Assembly (NCBI GenBank): GCA_964555735.1
Contig: CAZKTS010000288.1
Location: 1,069-65,068 of the forward strand
DNA: 64,000 nucleotides
Direction: 5' to 3'
Source of the DNA: an uncultured Bifidobacteriaceae bacterium
GTDB lineage: Bacteria; Actinomycetota; Acidimicrobiia; IMCC26256; PALSA-555
Both the position numbers and the translations under genes were made by a program. Below are positions 8,830-16,134 of the stretch, piece after piece; the stretch's first letter is position 1; every line of letters begins with the position of its first letter. The notes under the pieces were generated by a model. It saw nothing but the letters and a program-made list of their open reading frames with translations, made no database searches and was not told where the DNA came from.

Positions 8830-9237
8830 GTGCCGTACTTCACGCGCGAGGAGAAGGCCAGGATTCGGTATCACCTCGGCTACGTGAACGTCACCTCGCA
8901 AGCGACGTTCGCACTCGGGTTGCCGGCGGGGGTGGAGCCGATCTACCTGATCGAAGCGGCGATGGATCGGGTACTGCCGGAGGCGGTGGTCATCGTGCGT
9001 GACCTGATGAGCAAGTGCGACCTCGCCGAAGCGCAGATGGTCGAGAACCAGGAGCTGCTGGCGGTGACGCAGGTGGATGAGATCGGGATCCGGCAAGACG
9101 AGTTTCAGCGGCTGCAGGACCGCTATCTGTACTGGCGGAGCGCGATGGCCAACAATCTGGGCGTGCAGCCGAATCCGTGGGATCGGCGATTCGTGGGCGG
9201 GCATGGGCGATCGATCAACGTGTCGGTGACCGGGTGA
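8830..9237 (+). CDS. hypothetical head-tail joining region protein (135 aa)
   Basis: GTG start after GGAG. High GC3. Confidence 0.5.
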   Translation: MPYFTREEKARIRYHLGYVNVTSQATFALGLPAGVEPIYLIEAAMDRVLPEAVVIVRDLMSKCDLAEAQMVENQELLAVTQVDEIGIRQDEFQRLQDRYLYWRSAMANNLGVQPNPWDRRFVGGHGRSINVSVTG

Positions 9238-9243
9238 CGGGGC

Positions 9244-9253
9244 GTGATAGGCT
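9244..9253 (+). promoter_or_regulatory. class-L box GTGATAGGCT (extended -10-like), 7 nt before ATG 9261
   Basis: gcGTGATAGGCTcgggggcATG. No SD in the gap. Confidence 0.55.
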
Positions 9254-9260
9254 CGGGGGC

Positions 9261-9689
9261 ATGCGCAAGCTGATCGGCGTGCTGATGGTATCCGCGGCGG
9301 TCGCGCTCGCCGGGTGCGGGGCGGCGCTCGACGACGTGGTGCTGCGCGACGTGAAGGTGGCGGCCAACGGCGCGGCGCTGACGCTGGAGGCGACGCTGTC
9401 GGCGGCCGAGCTGCTCTATGAGGCTGAGCAGCGCGCGGCGGTGGACCGGGTGATCGCGGCGGGTGGCGACAAGGCGGCGGCGACTGCGGCGGTCGCTGCG
9501 GTGCGCGAGCGCTGGGCGCCGGTCAAGGTGCTCTTCTCCGATGCGGTGAAGGCGCATGGCGAGGTGGCGGCGCTGCTCGCGCAGGGCGCCTCGGTCGTGC
9601 GCGTGGTCGAGGCTGGGAACGAGTTCGCCGCGAAGCAGCGGCAGATCGTGGACGCGCTGCGCGCGGCTCGCGAGCGGATGGGGAAGTGA
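9261..9689 (+). CDS. lipoprotein (moron-like) inside the structural module
   Basis: The N-terminus MRKLIGVLMVSAAVALAGCG is a signal peptide plus lipobox (LAGC). It has its own GTGATAGGCT box 7 nt upstream. Confidence 0.7.
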   Translation: MRKLIGVLMVSAAVALAGCGAALDDVVLRDVKVAANGAALTLEATLSAAELLYEAEQRAAVDRVIAAGGDKAAATAAVAAVRERWAPVKVLFSDAVKAHGEVAALLAQGASVVRVVEAGNEFAAKQRQIVDALRAARERMGK

Positions 9690-9692
9690 GCC

Positions 9693-9911
9693 ATGGGTGA
9701 CCTTCACAAGCTGATCGAGTTCGTGCGGTTGCTGGTCGGTAAGCATCCCGAGCTGTACGGCCAGGTCCGCGACGTGCTGGTCGAGTTCGAGCGCGTGGGG
9801 CACGCGGACGAGATCCGGGATCTGATCAAGCAGGTTCGTCCCGCGCACTTCGACGAGATCGACGCGCGGGTGGATGCGGCAATCGAGCGCGAGTTCGCGC
9901 GGAAGGGCTGA
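9693..9911 (+). CDS. hypothetical protein (72 aa)
   Basis: High-GC3 ORF in the operon. Confidence 0.5.
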   Translation: MGDLHKLIEFVRLLVGKHPELYGQVRDVLVEFERVGHADEIRDLIKQVRPAHFDEIDARVDAAIEREFARKG

Positions 9912-9916
9912 ACGGC

Positions 9917-10213
9917 ATGGCGCAGATCGTCTTTCTCCGGCAGTACACGTCGACTCAGGCGGGCGGGCTGCCGCTCACGATGCGGCCCGGCGACGTCGTG
10001 AGCGATACGGACATCACGGCGGCCGAGTTCGCGACGCTGCGCACGGCGGCGCTGGCGGTGCTCGCGGCGGCGGACTACGACGTGCCGGCGATGCAGCCGG
10101 AGCTGCAGGCGGCGCAGCTGCAGGCGGTCGCGCAGCGACTCCGCGCGGTGCCGGACGACGCCGTGGCGGTCGACACGATGCAGCCGGGGCTGATTCGCGA
10201 GCTGCAGCCTTGA
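9917..10213 (+). CDS. hypothetical protein (98 aa)
   Basis: High-GC3 ORF in the operon. Confidence 0.5.
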   Translation: MAQIVFLRQYTSTQAGGLPLTMRPGDVVSDTDITAAEFATLRTAALAVLAAADYDVPAMQPELQAAQLQAVAQRLRAVPDDAVAVDTMQPGLIRELQP

Positions 10214-10217
10214 GCCG

Positions 10218-10769
10218 ATGCCGCGCGTTCGCCCGCTCCAACCGTTCCAGGCGAAGCGGTCGCTTGCGAACCGGCTGAGCCCGACGGTCGATCGGCTGCG
10301 GCAGCTCGCGACGAACCTCGGGCTGCGGTCGCGCCGGGTGTTCCTCGTGTGGACGACCTTCGATGGTGGCCAGCGCGGCGAGGGCGATGAGCAGCTGATC
10401 GCGAAGATCGAGCTGTTGCCTACGCCGAAGGTGAGTGAGCTGGTGGGGCAGCAGTTCCTCGGCTACGCGGGCGGCGTGTTGCCGACCGGGTCGTTGCGGA
10501 TCGAGAAGGTCAGCGCCGGCTTCACCGAGGCGCAGCTGATGGGGCGTGAGATCCCGGGCGTGCCGGGGCTGACCACGATCCCGCAGCCGTATGATTTCTT
10601 CTACGAGATGATCGAGGACGGGCGCGACCTGCTGCGACCGATCCCGATGCGGTATCGGATGTTCGGATCGCCCTATCGCAAGGAGGGCTCGGTCAGCTGG
10701 ACGCTGCTCTTGGAGCGCCAGCAGGAGGCGCCCAACGTCAACGAGCGGCTGCCGTTCGCGCCGACATGA
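10218..10769 (+). CDS. hypothetical head-tail joining protein (183 aa)
   Basis: Position only. Coupled (ATGA) to the next gene. Confidence 0.5.
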   Translation: MPRVRPLQPFQAKRSLANRLSPTVDRLRQLATNLGLRSRRVFLVWTTFDGGQRGEGDEQLIAKIELLPTPKVSELVGQQFLGYAGGVLPTGSLRIEKVSAGFTEAQLMGREIPGVPGLTTIPQPYDFFYEMIEDGRDLLRPIPMRYRMFGSPYRKEGSVSWTLLLERQQEAPNVNERLPFAPT

Positions 10770-11269
10770 CGCGCGTGATCGAGCTGAAGCAGGCGCCCGA
10801 CTTCTTCGGGCGGGTGCTCGCCGGCGAGATGAAGCAGGCGGCGCTGCGCGGGCTCTACTCGGCGGCAGTGCGGTCGGTGCAGCTGCTGCAGACGCAGGAG
10901 ATCCAGCGGGCATCACCCGCGCCGGTCGACCGCGACGTGTATCGCGCGGGGTGGCGCGCGGAGAAGCTGATCGACGGCGCGGCGGTGGTCAATTCGGTCC
11001 CGTGGGCCGCGATGATCGAATATGGCGTGCCCGGTCGGAACGTCACGATCGGCAGGCAAGCGGTGCTCGCGTTGGCGGAGTGGGCGAGGCGCCGACTAGG
11101 CGTGTCGAGCGACAAGGCGCTATCGACGGCGTGGGCGATTCTGATCGCTGGGAAGCGGCGAGGGCTTTTCCGGCGCGGCGAGGGGCTTCGGATCTTGGAG
11201 ACGTACGCGCGCGAGCGCATGCCGCAGACGATCCGTGAGGAGATCGCGCGGGCGCTCGATGCGATGTAG
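10766..11269 (+). CDS. HK97 gp10-like tail-completion/neck protein
   Basis: SPAPVDRDVYRAGWRA ... NSVPWAAMIEYG resembles the HK97-gp10 family pattern (aPvdtG.lr ... YA..vE.G). Confidence 0.55.
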   Translation: MTRVIELKQAPDFFGRVLAGEMKQAALRGLYSAAVRSVQLLQTQEIQRASPAPVDRDVYRAGWRAEKLIDGAAVVNSVPWAAMIEYGVPGRNVTIGRQAVLALAEWARRRLGVSSDKALSTAWAILIAGKRRGLFRRGEGLRILETYARERMPQTIREEIARALDAM

Positions 11270-11272
11270 GCT
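11267..11272 (+). promoter_or_regulatory. class-L box TAGGCT, 7 nt before ATG 11280
   Basis: gatgTAGGCTcgggtgaATG. Confidence 0.45.
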
Positions 11273-11279
11273 CGGGTGA

Positions 11280-12224
11280 ATGTCCAGCCCGAAGCCGCCG
11301 CCAGGGCCGCCGCCAGGGCTGTCGCCTGAGACGGTCGGCGATGTGATCGGGGCGCCGCCTCCGCTATCGGCGCTCGAACTACCCGCGCTCGATGCGCGCT
11401 GGCGCGGGATCGATGTGTTCTGCCGGTGGCTCGCGTCGCTGGTGTATCGGCGGTCGGCGGGGCCGAGTCGGCCGGCCGAGTCGTTCACGTTGGCCTATGG
11501 CCACGACGTCAAGCTGCCGTCGATCTTCGCGGAGATGCCGGACAACGTGACCGACCTGCCGATCCCGTGCATCGGCGCGCTGCCGGGGCGCGGGTCGTAC
11601 GTGACGCGGTCATCGCTGGGGGGCGTGGAGCCCGAGGTCGATCCGGCACAGACGGGCTCGCCGCAGGCGGCGGTGGTGGTGCCGTACGACTACACCGAGC
11701 AAGTGACGTTCGAGGTCTGGGGCTCGAAGCTGGCCGAGCGAATGGCGCTGATCGCGGCGATCGAGATCGCCATGTCGATCTACGAGGGCTCTTCCGATCT
11801 GCGGCTGGTGGTGCCGGACTACTACGGGCTAGTCGCGAGTTACACGCTGCGCGATGCAGAGCGGCTCGACGGGATCGAGTCGATGCGCGGGCGCCGGCTC
11901 GCACACTTTTATGTCGACATGGTCGTTCCGGTGGCGTTCGGGATCGACGTGCGCGAGTTGAACGTCTTTGTCGGTGGCGGCGCGACGGGTGGCGCGGCGA
12001 TCGCGGCGGCGACGACGATTGCGGCGCCGTGGCAACAGGGGCTGCCGGTGGGTGCGGCGGTGGACGGGATCGTGATCGACGGGTCGGTGCCGGGTGTGGC
12101 CGAGGTGGAGATGGAGACGCACGCGGCCGACGGGCGGCCGGTGTATTCGCTCGATCCGTATCTGTACCCGCAGCCGCCGAGCTACCCGCGGCCGGGGTCG
12201 TTTGGCCGCGGGCGGCGCCGATAA
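11280..12224 (+). CDS. hypothetical structural protein (314 aa)
   Basis: ATG lies 7 nt after a TAGGCT box. Immediately upstream of the sheath gene. Confidence 0.55.
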   Translation: MSSPKPPPGPPPGLSPETVGDVIGAPPPLSALELPALDARWRGIDVFCRWLASLVYRRSAGPSRPAESFTLAYGHDVKLPSIFAEMPDNVTDLPIPCIGALPGRGSYVTRSSLGGVEPEVDPAQTGSPQAAVVVPYDYTEQVTFEVWGSKLAERMALIAAIEIAMSIYEGSSDLRLVVPDYYGLVASYTLRDAERLDGIESMRGRRLAHFYVDMVVPVAFGIDVRELNVFVGGGATGGAAIAAATTIAAPWQQGLPVGAAVDGIVIDGSVPGVAEVEMETHAADGRPVYSLDPYLYPQPPSYPRPGSFGRGRRR

Positions 12225-12256
12225 TGCCGGGGATGGACGGCTCTACGGGCGGAGGA

Positions 12257-12262
12257 TAGGCT
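12257..12262 (+). promoter_or_regulatory. class-L box TAGGCT, 6 nt before sheath ATG 12269
   Basis: gaggaTAGGCTagcgccATG. Confidence 0.5.
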
Positions 12263-12268
12263 AGCGCC

Positions 12269-14764
12269 ATGTCCGTCTTCCTCCGCAGGTTCACGTTCGA
12301 TCCGGGGACTGAGGTGTTGCTGGAGATCGAGGCTGTCAACATCCTCGATCTGGAGCCGGTGTCGGCGGTGTCCGGCGTGGGCACTGGAACGGCGTGCGTC
12401 GTCGGTGAGTTCGAGGATGGCCCGTTCGCGACCGTGACCGAGGTGGCGAGCACTCCCGATCTGACGAACACGTTCGGCGGGTTCGGGTACAGCTACGCGG
12501 GGGTCGGCGGAAACAACCCGTGCGCGCGCAAGCGGTTCGCGGACGCGGCGGTGGTGCCGGAGTTCTGGAACGGCAACGGCCTGGTGGCGCTGAACGGCAA
12601 GCGGTTCTCGCGGCTGCTGGTGGCGCGCGTCGACACGAGCGTCGGCGAGGTGCAGTTCTCGCGACTCGCGTACCTACTCGGCGGCAAGCTGTTCTCGTAC
12701 GCGCTGACGTCGGGTGACACGGTGGTCGGCGATCGCGGCGCGGGCATCGGCGCCTTCACGGCGACGTTCACGGGGACGGTCGCGGCGCTGGTGAGCGGCG
12801 TGGGCGTCTACCCGACGCTCTTCGTCGGCGGCGAGACGATCACGATCGCCCGCGACAGCGAGCCGGCGGTGGTGGTGGTGTTCCAGGCGGCCGATCAGCT
12901 GCAGTCGCAGGTGATCAGCCGCATCAACGCGGCGCTCGGGTACGCGGCCGCGGTCGACTCAGGCGGCGGCGTGACGACGCTGTCCGGCCGCGTGGGCGGC
13001 ACGGGTGGGTCGATCGCGATCACGGCGGCCACGCCGGCGGTGCTCGCGGCTACGGGCTTCGTGGTCGGCGCTGCGAGCGGTGGCGGCAACGTGTCGAACA
13101 TCCTGCAGGTCACGCCGCAGGAGATCGACACGATCGTCAACGCGGCGAGCGCGGGCGCGGTGCGGGTGCGGCTGCTCGACAGTGGCCAGCTGCGCATGGA
13201 GAACGTGCAGACGCCGGTGACGGGCGTGCTGCGGATCACGGCTGGCGCGGCGCTGACGTCGTTGGGGTTCTCGGTGACGCAGGCGGCGGCGTACCAGGAC
13301 GCGCCGCAGGAGCTGGAGATCGTGTCCATCGACCCGGCGGTGGCGGTGGCCACCGGCTTCGCGATCGGCTCGGCGCCGGTGCTGTCGAGCGTGGCGGGTG
13401 TGTACCCGAGCGGCTTCGTGGGCGGCGAGCAGATGGTGGTGCAGGTGGCGGGGCAGCCGCCGCTGACGATCGAGTTCGACGCGGCGGATCAGACGCAGGC
13501 GCAGGTGCTGGCGCGCATCAACCTGGCGCTCGGGTACACGGCGGCGGTGGCTCAGACGGCGACGCGGTCGAGCTTGGCGGGCCCGGGCACGCTGTCGACG
13601 GTGGTGCCGGCGGGGACGCTGGTGCAGACGCCGGCGGGCGTGCAGTGGGTGTCGATGCAGACGCTGGCGGTCACGGCGGAGCTGCTCGACGCGCTCACGG
13701 TCAAGGTTCGGCCGGCCAACGACGTGGGAACGACCGTGGCGGCGGTGGCGGGCGCGGTGACGGTGCTCGGGCGCCCGGTGCAGACGGCGGCGTTCTCGAC
13801 GATCAACCCGCTGGCGCTGACGGCGGCGCTGACGGAGGCGCAGCTCGACGCGCGGTATCTGACCGCGCTCGATTCGACGCTGGCCAGCGCGACGGTGGCG
13901 GCGGAGATCAACCTGCTCTGGGCGGCGCGGCAGAGCAACGCGATCCGGGGGGCGCTGCGGCAGAACGTGGTCGATGCGTCGCAGGGCGGCCTGCTCGGCC
14001 GGTCGTGCGTGATCCGGCCGCCGCTCAGCACCACGACGCGCGCGCAGGCGAAGTCGAACGCGGCGCAGCCCGGGGTCGGGGCGTACCGGCTCGATCGGGT
14101 GTGGTACGCATTCCCGGGCGTGCAGTCGTTCATGCCGGCGATCGCGCAGCGCGGGCTGTCCGGCGGCGAGGGGTTCACCGCCGACGGTGTGATCGACGTC
14201 GGCGCGGACGGCTTCCTCGTGTCGGTGTGCTCGCAGCTGCCGCCCGAGGAGAACCCGGGGCAGCTGACGCCGTACGCGGCGGGGGCGATCGGGATCGAGC
14301 GCGGCAACCCCGACGTCCAGACCATGACGATCAACGACTACAAGGCGTTTCGCGCGTCGGGCATCGCGGCGCCGCGGCTCGACAGCGGCGTGATGATCTT
14401 CCAGTCGGGTGTGACGTCGGTGAACCCGCTCCTGCAGCCGAGCTTGCGCAACATCGCGCGCCGCCGCATGGCCGACTTCATCCAGGATTCGCTCGGCGTG
14501 CGGCTCAAGCGGTTCGGCAAGCAGCTCAACACGCGCTCGCGGCGGACGCAGATCGTCGGTGAGATCCGGGCCTTCATGCTGGAGCTGCAGAACTCGCAGC
14601 GCGTGGCCGGGTTCGCGGTCGACCTCAATTCTGGCAACACGCCGCAGACGCTGGCGCTCGGGATCTTCCGGATCCTGCTCAACGTGCGGACGTGGTCGAG
14701 CCTGGACGCGATCGTGCTGGCGACGCGCATCGGCGAAGCCGTCGAGATCGAAGCTGCGGCGTGA
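12269..14764 (+). CDS. contractile tail sheath protein (831 aa) with duplicated insertion domains
   Basis: Synteny is sheath-tube-chaperone(PRF)-tape measure. The C-terminal region (INDYKAFRASGIAAPRLDSGVMIFQSGVTSV ... RNIARRRMADFIQDSL ... GIFRILLNVRTWSSLDAIVL) looks like a sheath C-terminal domain. Confidence 0.75.
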   Translation: MSVFLRRFTFDPGTEVLLEIEAVNILDLEPVSAVSGVGTGTACVVGEFEDGPFATVTEVASTPDLTNTFGGFGYSYAGVGGNNPCARKRFADAAVVPEFWNGNGLVALNGKRFSRLLVARVDTSVGEVQFSRLAYLLGGKLFSYALTSGDTVVGDRGAGIGAFTATFTGTVAALVSGVGVYPTLFVGGETITIARDSEPAVVVVFQAADQLQSQVISRINAALGYAAAVDSGGGVTTLSGRVGGTGGSIAITAATPAVLAATGFVVGAASGGGNVSNILQVTPQEIDTIVNAASAGAVRVRLLDSGQLRMENVQTPVTGVLRITAGAALTSLGFSVTQAAAYQDAPQELEIVSIDPAVAVATGFAIGSAPVLSSVAGVYPSGFVGGEQMVVQVAGQPPLTIEFDAADQTQAQVLARINLALGYTAAVAQTATRSSLAGPGTLSTVVPAGTLVQTPAGVQWVSMQTLAVTAELLDALTVKVRPANDVGTTVAAVAGAVTVLGRPVQTAAFSTINPLALTAALTEAQLDARYLTALDSTLASATVAAEINLLWAARQSNAIRGALRQNVVDASQGGLLGRSCVIRPPLSTTTRAQAKSNAAQPGVGAYRLDRVWYAFPGVQSFMPAIAQRGLSGGEGFTADGVIDVGADGFLVSVCSQLPPEENPGQLTPYAAGAIGIERGNPDVQTMTINDYKAFRASGIAAPRLDSGVMIFQSGVTSVNPLLQPSLRNIARRRMADFIQDSLGVRLKRFGKQLNTRSRRTQIVGEIRAFMLELQNSQRVAGFAVDLNSGNTPQTLALGIFRILLNVRTWSSLDAIVLATRIGEAVEIEAAA

Positions 14765-14775
14765 AGGAGTGAAGC

Positions 14776-15228
14776 ATGGCATCCAATGATCTGAGGCTAC
14801 GCGGGCAAGAGGTCGAGCTGCGCATGTTCGCGGACAGCGTGCTGGAGGACTCCATCTCGCTCGTGTCGTCATTCGACGAAACCTTCAAGCTGGAGAAGAA
14901 GGAAGACGGGTTCCTCGGCGAAGTGACGAACCGCTACGACGACATCTTCAACGGCATCGACGGCAAGCTCGACGTGCAGGTCAACACTGCAGCCTGGATG
15001 CCGTTCCAGCAGGCGATCAAGGCGCGCGCGCAGCGCCGCACGCCGGCGGTGCGGTTCAACCTCGTGCGGACCGACTTCTACGCCAACGGCGAGACGGCGA
15101 TCGTGACCTACGCGGACGTCAAGTTCGGGCCGATGCCGACGTCGGTGGCCGGGCGCGGTGAGTTCGTGAAGGTGTCGATCGACTTCTCGTGCAGCGACCG
15201 CACCGAGCAGATCACGACCGCGCTCTAA
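14776..15228 (+). CDS. tail tube protein (150 aa)
   Basis: AAGGAG RBS. Size and position between the sheath and the chaperone. Confidence 0.65.
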   Translation: MASNDLRLRGQEVELRMFADSVLEDSISLVSSFDETFKLEKKEDGFLGEVTNRYDDIFNGIDGKLDVQVNTAAWMPFQQAIKARAQRRTPAVRFNLVRTDFYANGETAIVTYADVKFGPMPTSVAGRGEFVKVSIDFSCSDRTEQITTAL

Positions 15229-15270
15229 CGCGCGGTGTGGGGCGAGTAGACAAGAGAGCGAGGCGAGGCG

Positions 15271-15795
15271 ATGGGCGATTCACGCAAGGTGGTGGGCTAT
15301 GATGAGGCGGGCGCGGCGTTGATGGACGCCGAGCCGGTGGCGGCAGAAGCGCCGACGGCGAATTTGCCGGAGGCGTCAACGGACGAGTTGCCGACGTGGG
15401 CCGTGGTCCCGTCGGGGCTGAAGCCGCCGCGGGGGCGCAACGTGCTCTTCCTGCGGATCCCGGCCGACTTCACCGACACGCCGTACAAGGGCGAGCGGCA
15501 GTGCACGATCTGGACGCTGAGCGACGGCGACGAGAAGATGGCGCTGCGCCGGTGCCAGGGCGACCCGAACCGCGCCGCATCGGAGTACACGCGCCAGATG
15601 CTGCGCGCGGTCGATGGCGTGGTGTCGGCGTGGGACAAGCCGGCGGGGCCCGGGTCGGTCGACGAGTTCTGGCGCGAGATCGGGGCGAAGGGGCGCAACA
15701 TGCTGATGCGCGTCTACACGCAGCTCCACCTCCCGACGGACGCGGAGATGGCCAATTTTTTCGAGCACTGCGTCGCTGTCAGAACGGCGAGCTGA
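15271..15795 (+). CDS. tail assembly chaperone (short, G-like product)
   Basis: Lies directly upstream of the tape measure gene. Contains the slippery heptamer T_TTT_TTC near its 3' end. Confidence 0.7.
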   Translation: MGDSRKVVGYDEAGAALMDAEPVAAEAPTANLPEASTDELPTWAVVPSGLKPPRGRNVLFLRIPADFTDTPYKGERQCTIWTLSDGDEKMALRRCQGDPNRAASEYTRQMLRAVDGVVSAWDKPAGPGSVDEFWREIGAKGRNMLMRVYTQLHLPTDAEMANFFEHCVAVRTAS

Positions 15796-16121
15796 GAGAT
15801 CCCGACTTCGGCGGGCCGGAATTGCTCGATGAGGTGGTCGGCCTGCGGGCGCCGTCGGCGCTCGGCGACGCACTCTTTCCGGCGATGTTGAGCTTTGCGG
15901 CGGACGCCGGCGAGCTACAGCGGGCGCGCGTGCGGCGGCTGGTGTTCTTGGCCCGCTTCGGGCGGCAACCGCTGCTCGGGTGGGACGACGTCGAATCGAG
16001 CGAGATCCGGCTCTACGTGGACGTCCTGGTAGAGCTGCTACGGGAGGAGTCGGAGTCGGCGCAGGCGCAGGCGAAGCGGATGCAGGCGCAGGCGCGGCAA
16101 TCGGACGACGACTCGGCGTGA
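15271..16121 (+). CDS. tail assembly chaperone, -1 frameshift fusion product (GT-like)
   Basis: The -1 frame is open from the slippery site (15756-15762) to TGA 16119-16121 with high GC3. It reads ...ANFF|RALRRCQNGELRDPDFGG... and ends 13 nt before the tape measure start. Confidence 0.65.
15756..15762 (+). other. -1 programmed ribosomal frameshift slippery heptamer T_TTT_TTC
   Basis: aaT TTT TTC in the zero frame fits the X_XXY_YYZ pattern. A T6 run is conspicuous in ~70% GC DNA. Its position matches the conserved G/GT frameshift of tailed phages. Confidence 0.7.
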
Positions 16122-16127
16122 TACGCT
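16118..16127 (+). promoter_or_regulatory. class-L box GTGATACGCT, 7 nt before tape-measure GTG 16135
   Basis: gcGTGATACGCTctgaggcGTG. Its TGA is also the stop codon of the frameshift product. Confidence 0.5.
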
Positions 16128-16134
16128 CTGAGGC

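Noticed and set aside
12959-14872. Very long minus-strand ORFs here and elsewhere (for example 30642-32744, 36993-38417, 56800-59034, 6191-7639, 28545-30206).
   Set aside because: Their translations are Arg/Pro/Ala/His-rich low-complexity strings. They lie antisense to + strand genes that have clear motifs (sheath, fibre, UvrD, SbcC, capsid). These are the typical shadow ORFs of ~70% GC DNA.
15396-16121. A 241-aa ORF listed as an independent gene overlapping the chaperone gene.
   Set aside because: Its 5' two-thirds are an Arg/Gly-rich shadow of the chaperone frame. Only the part downstream of the T_TTT_TTC site looks coding. I interpreted it as the -1 frameshift extension.
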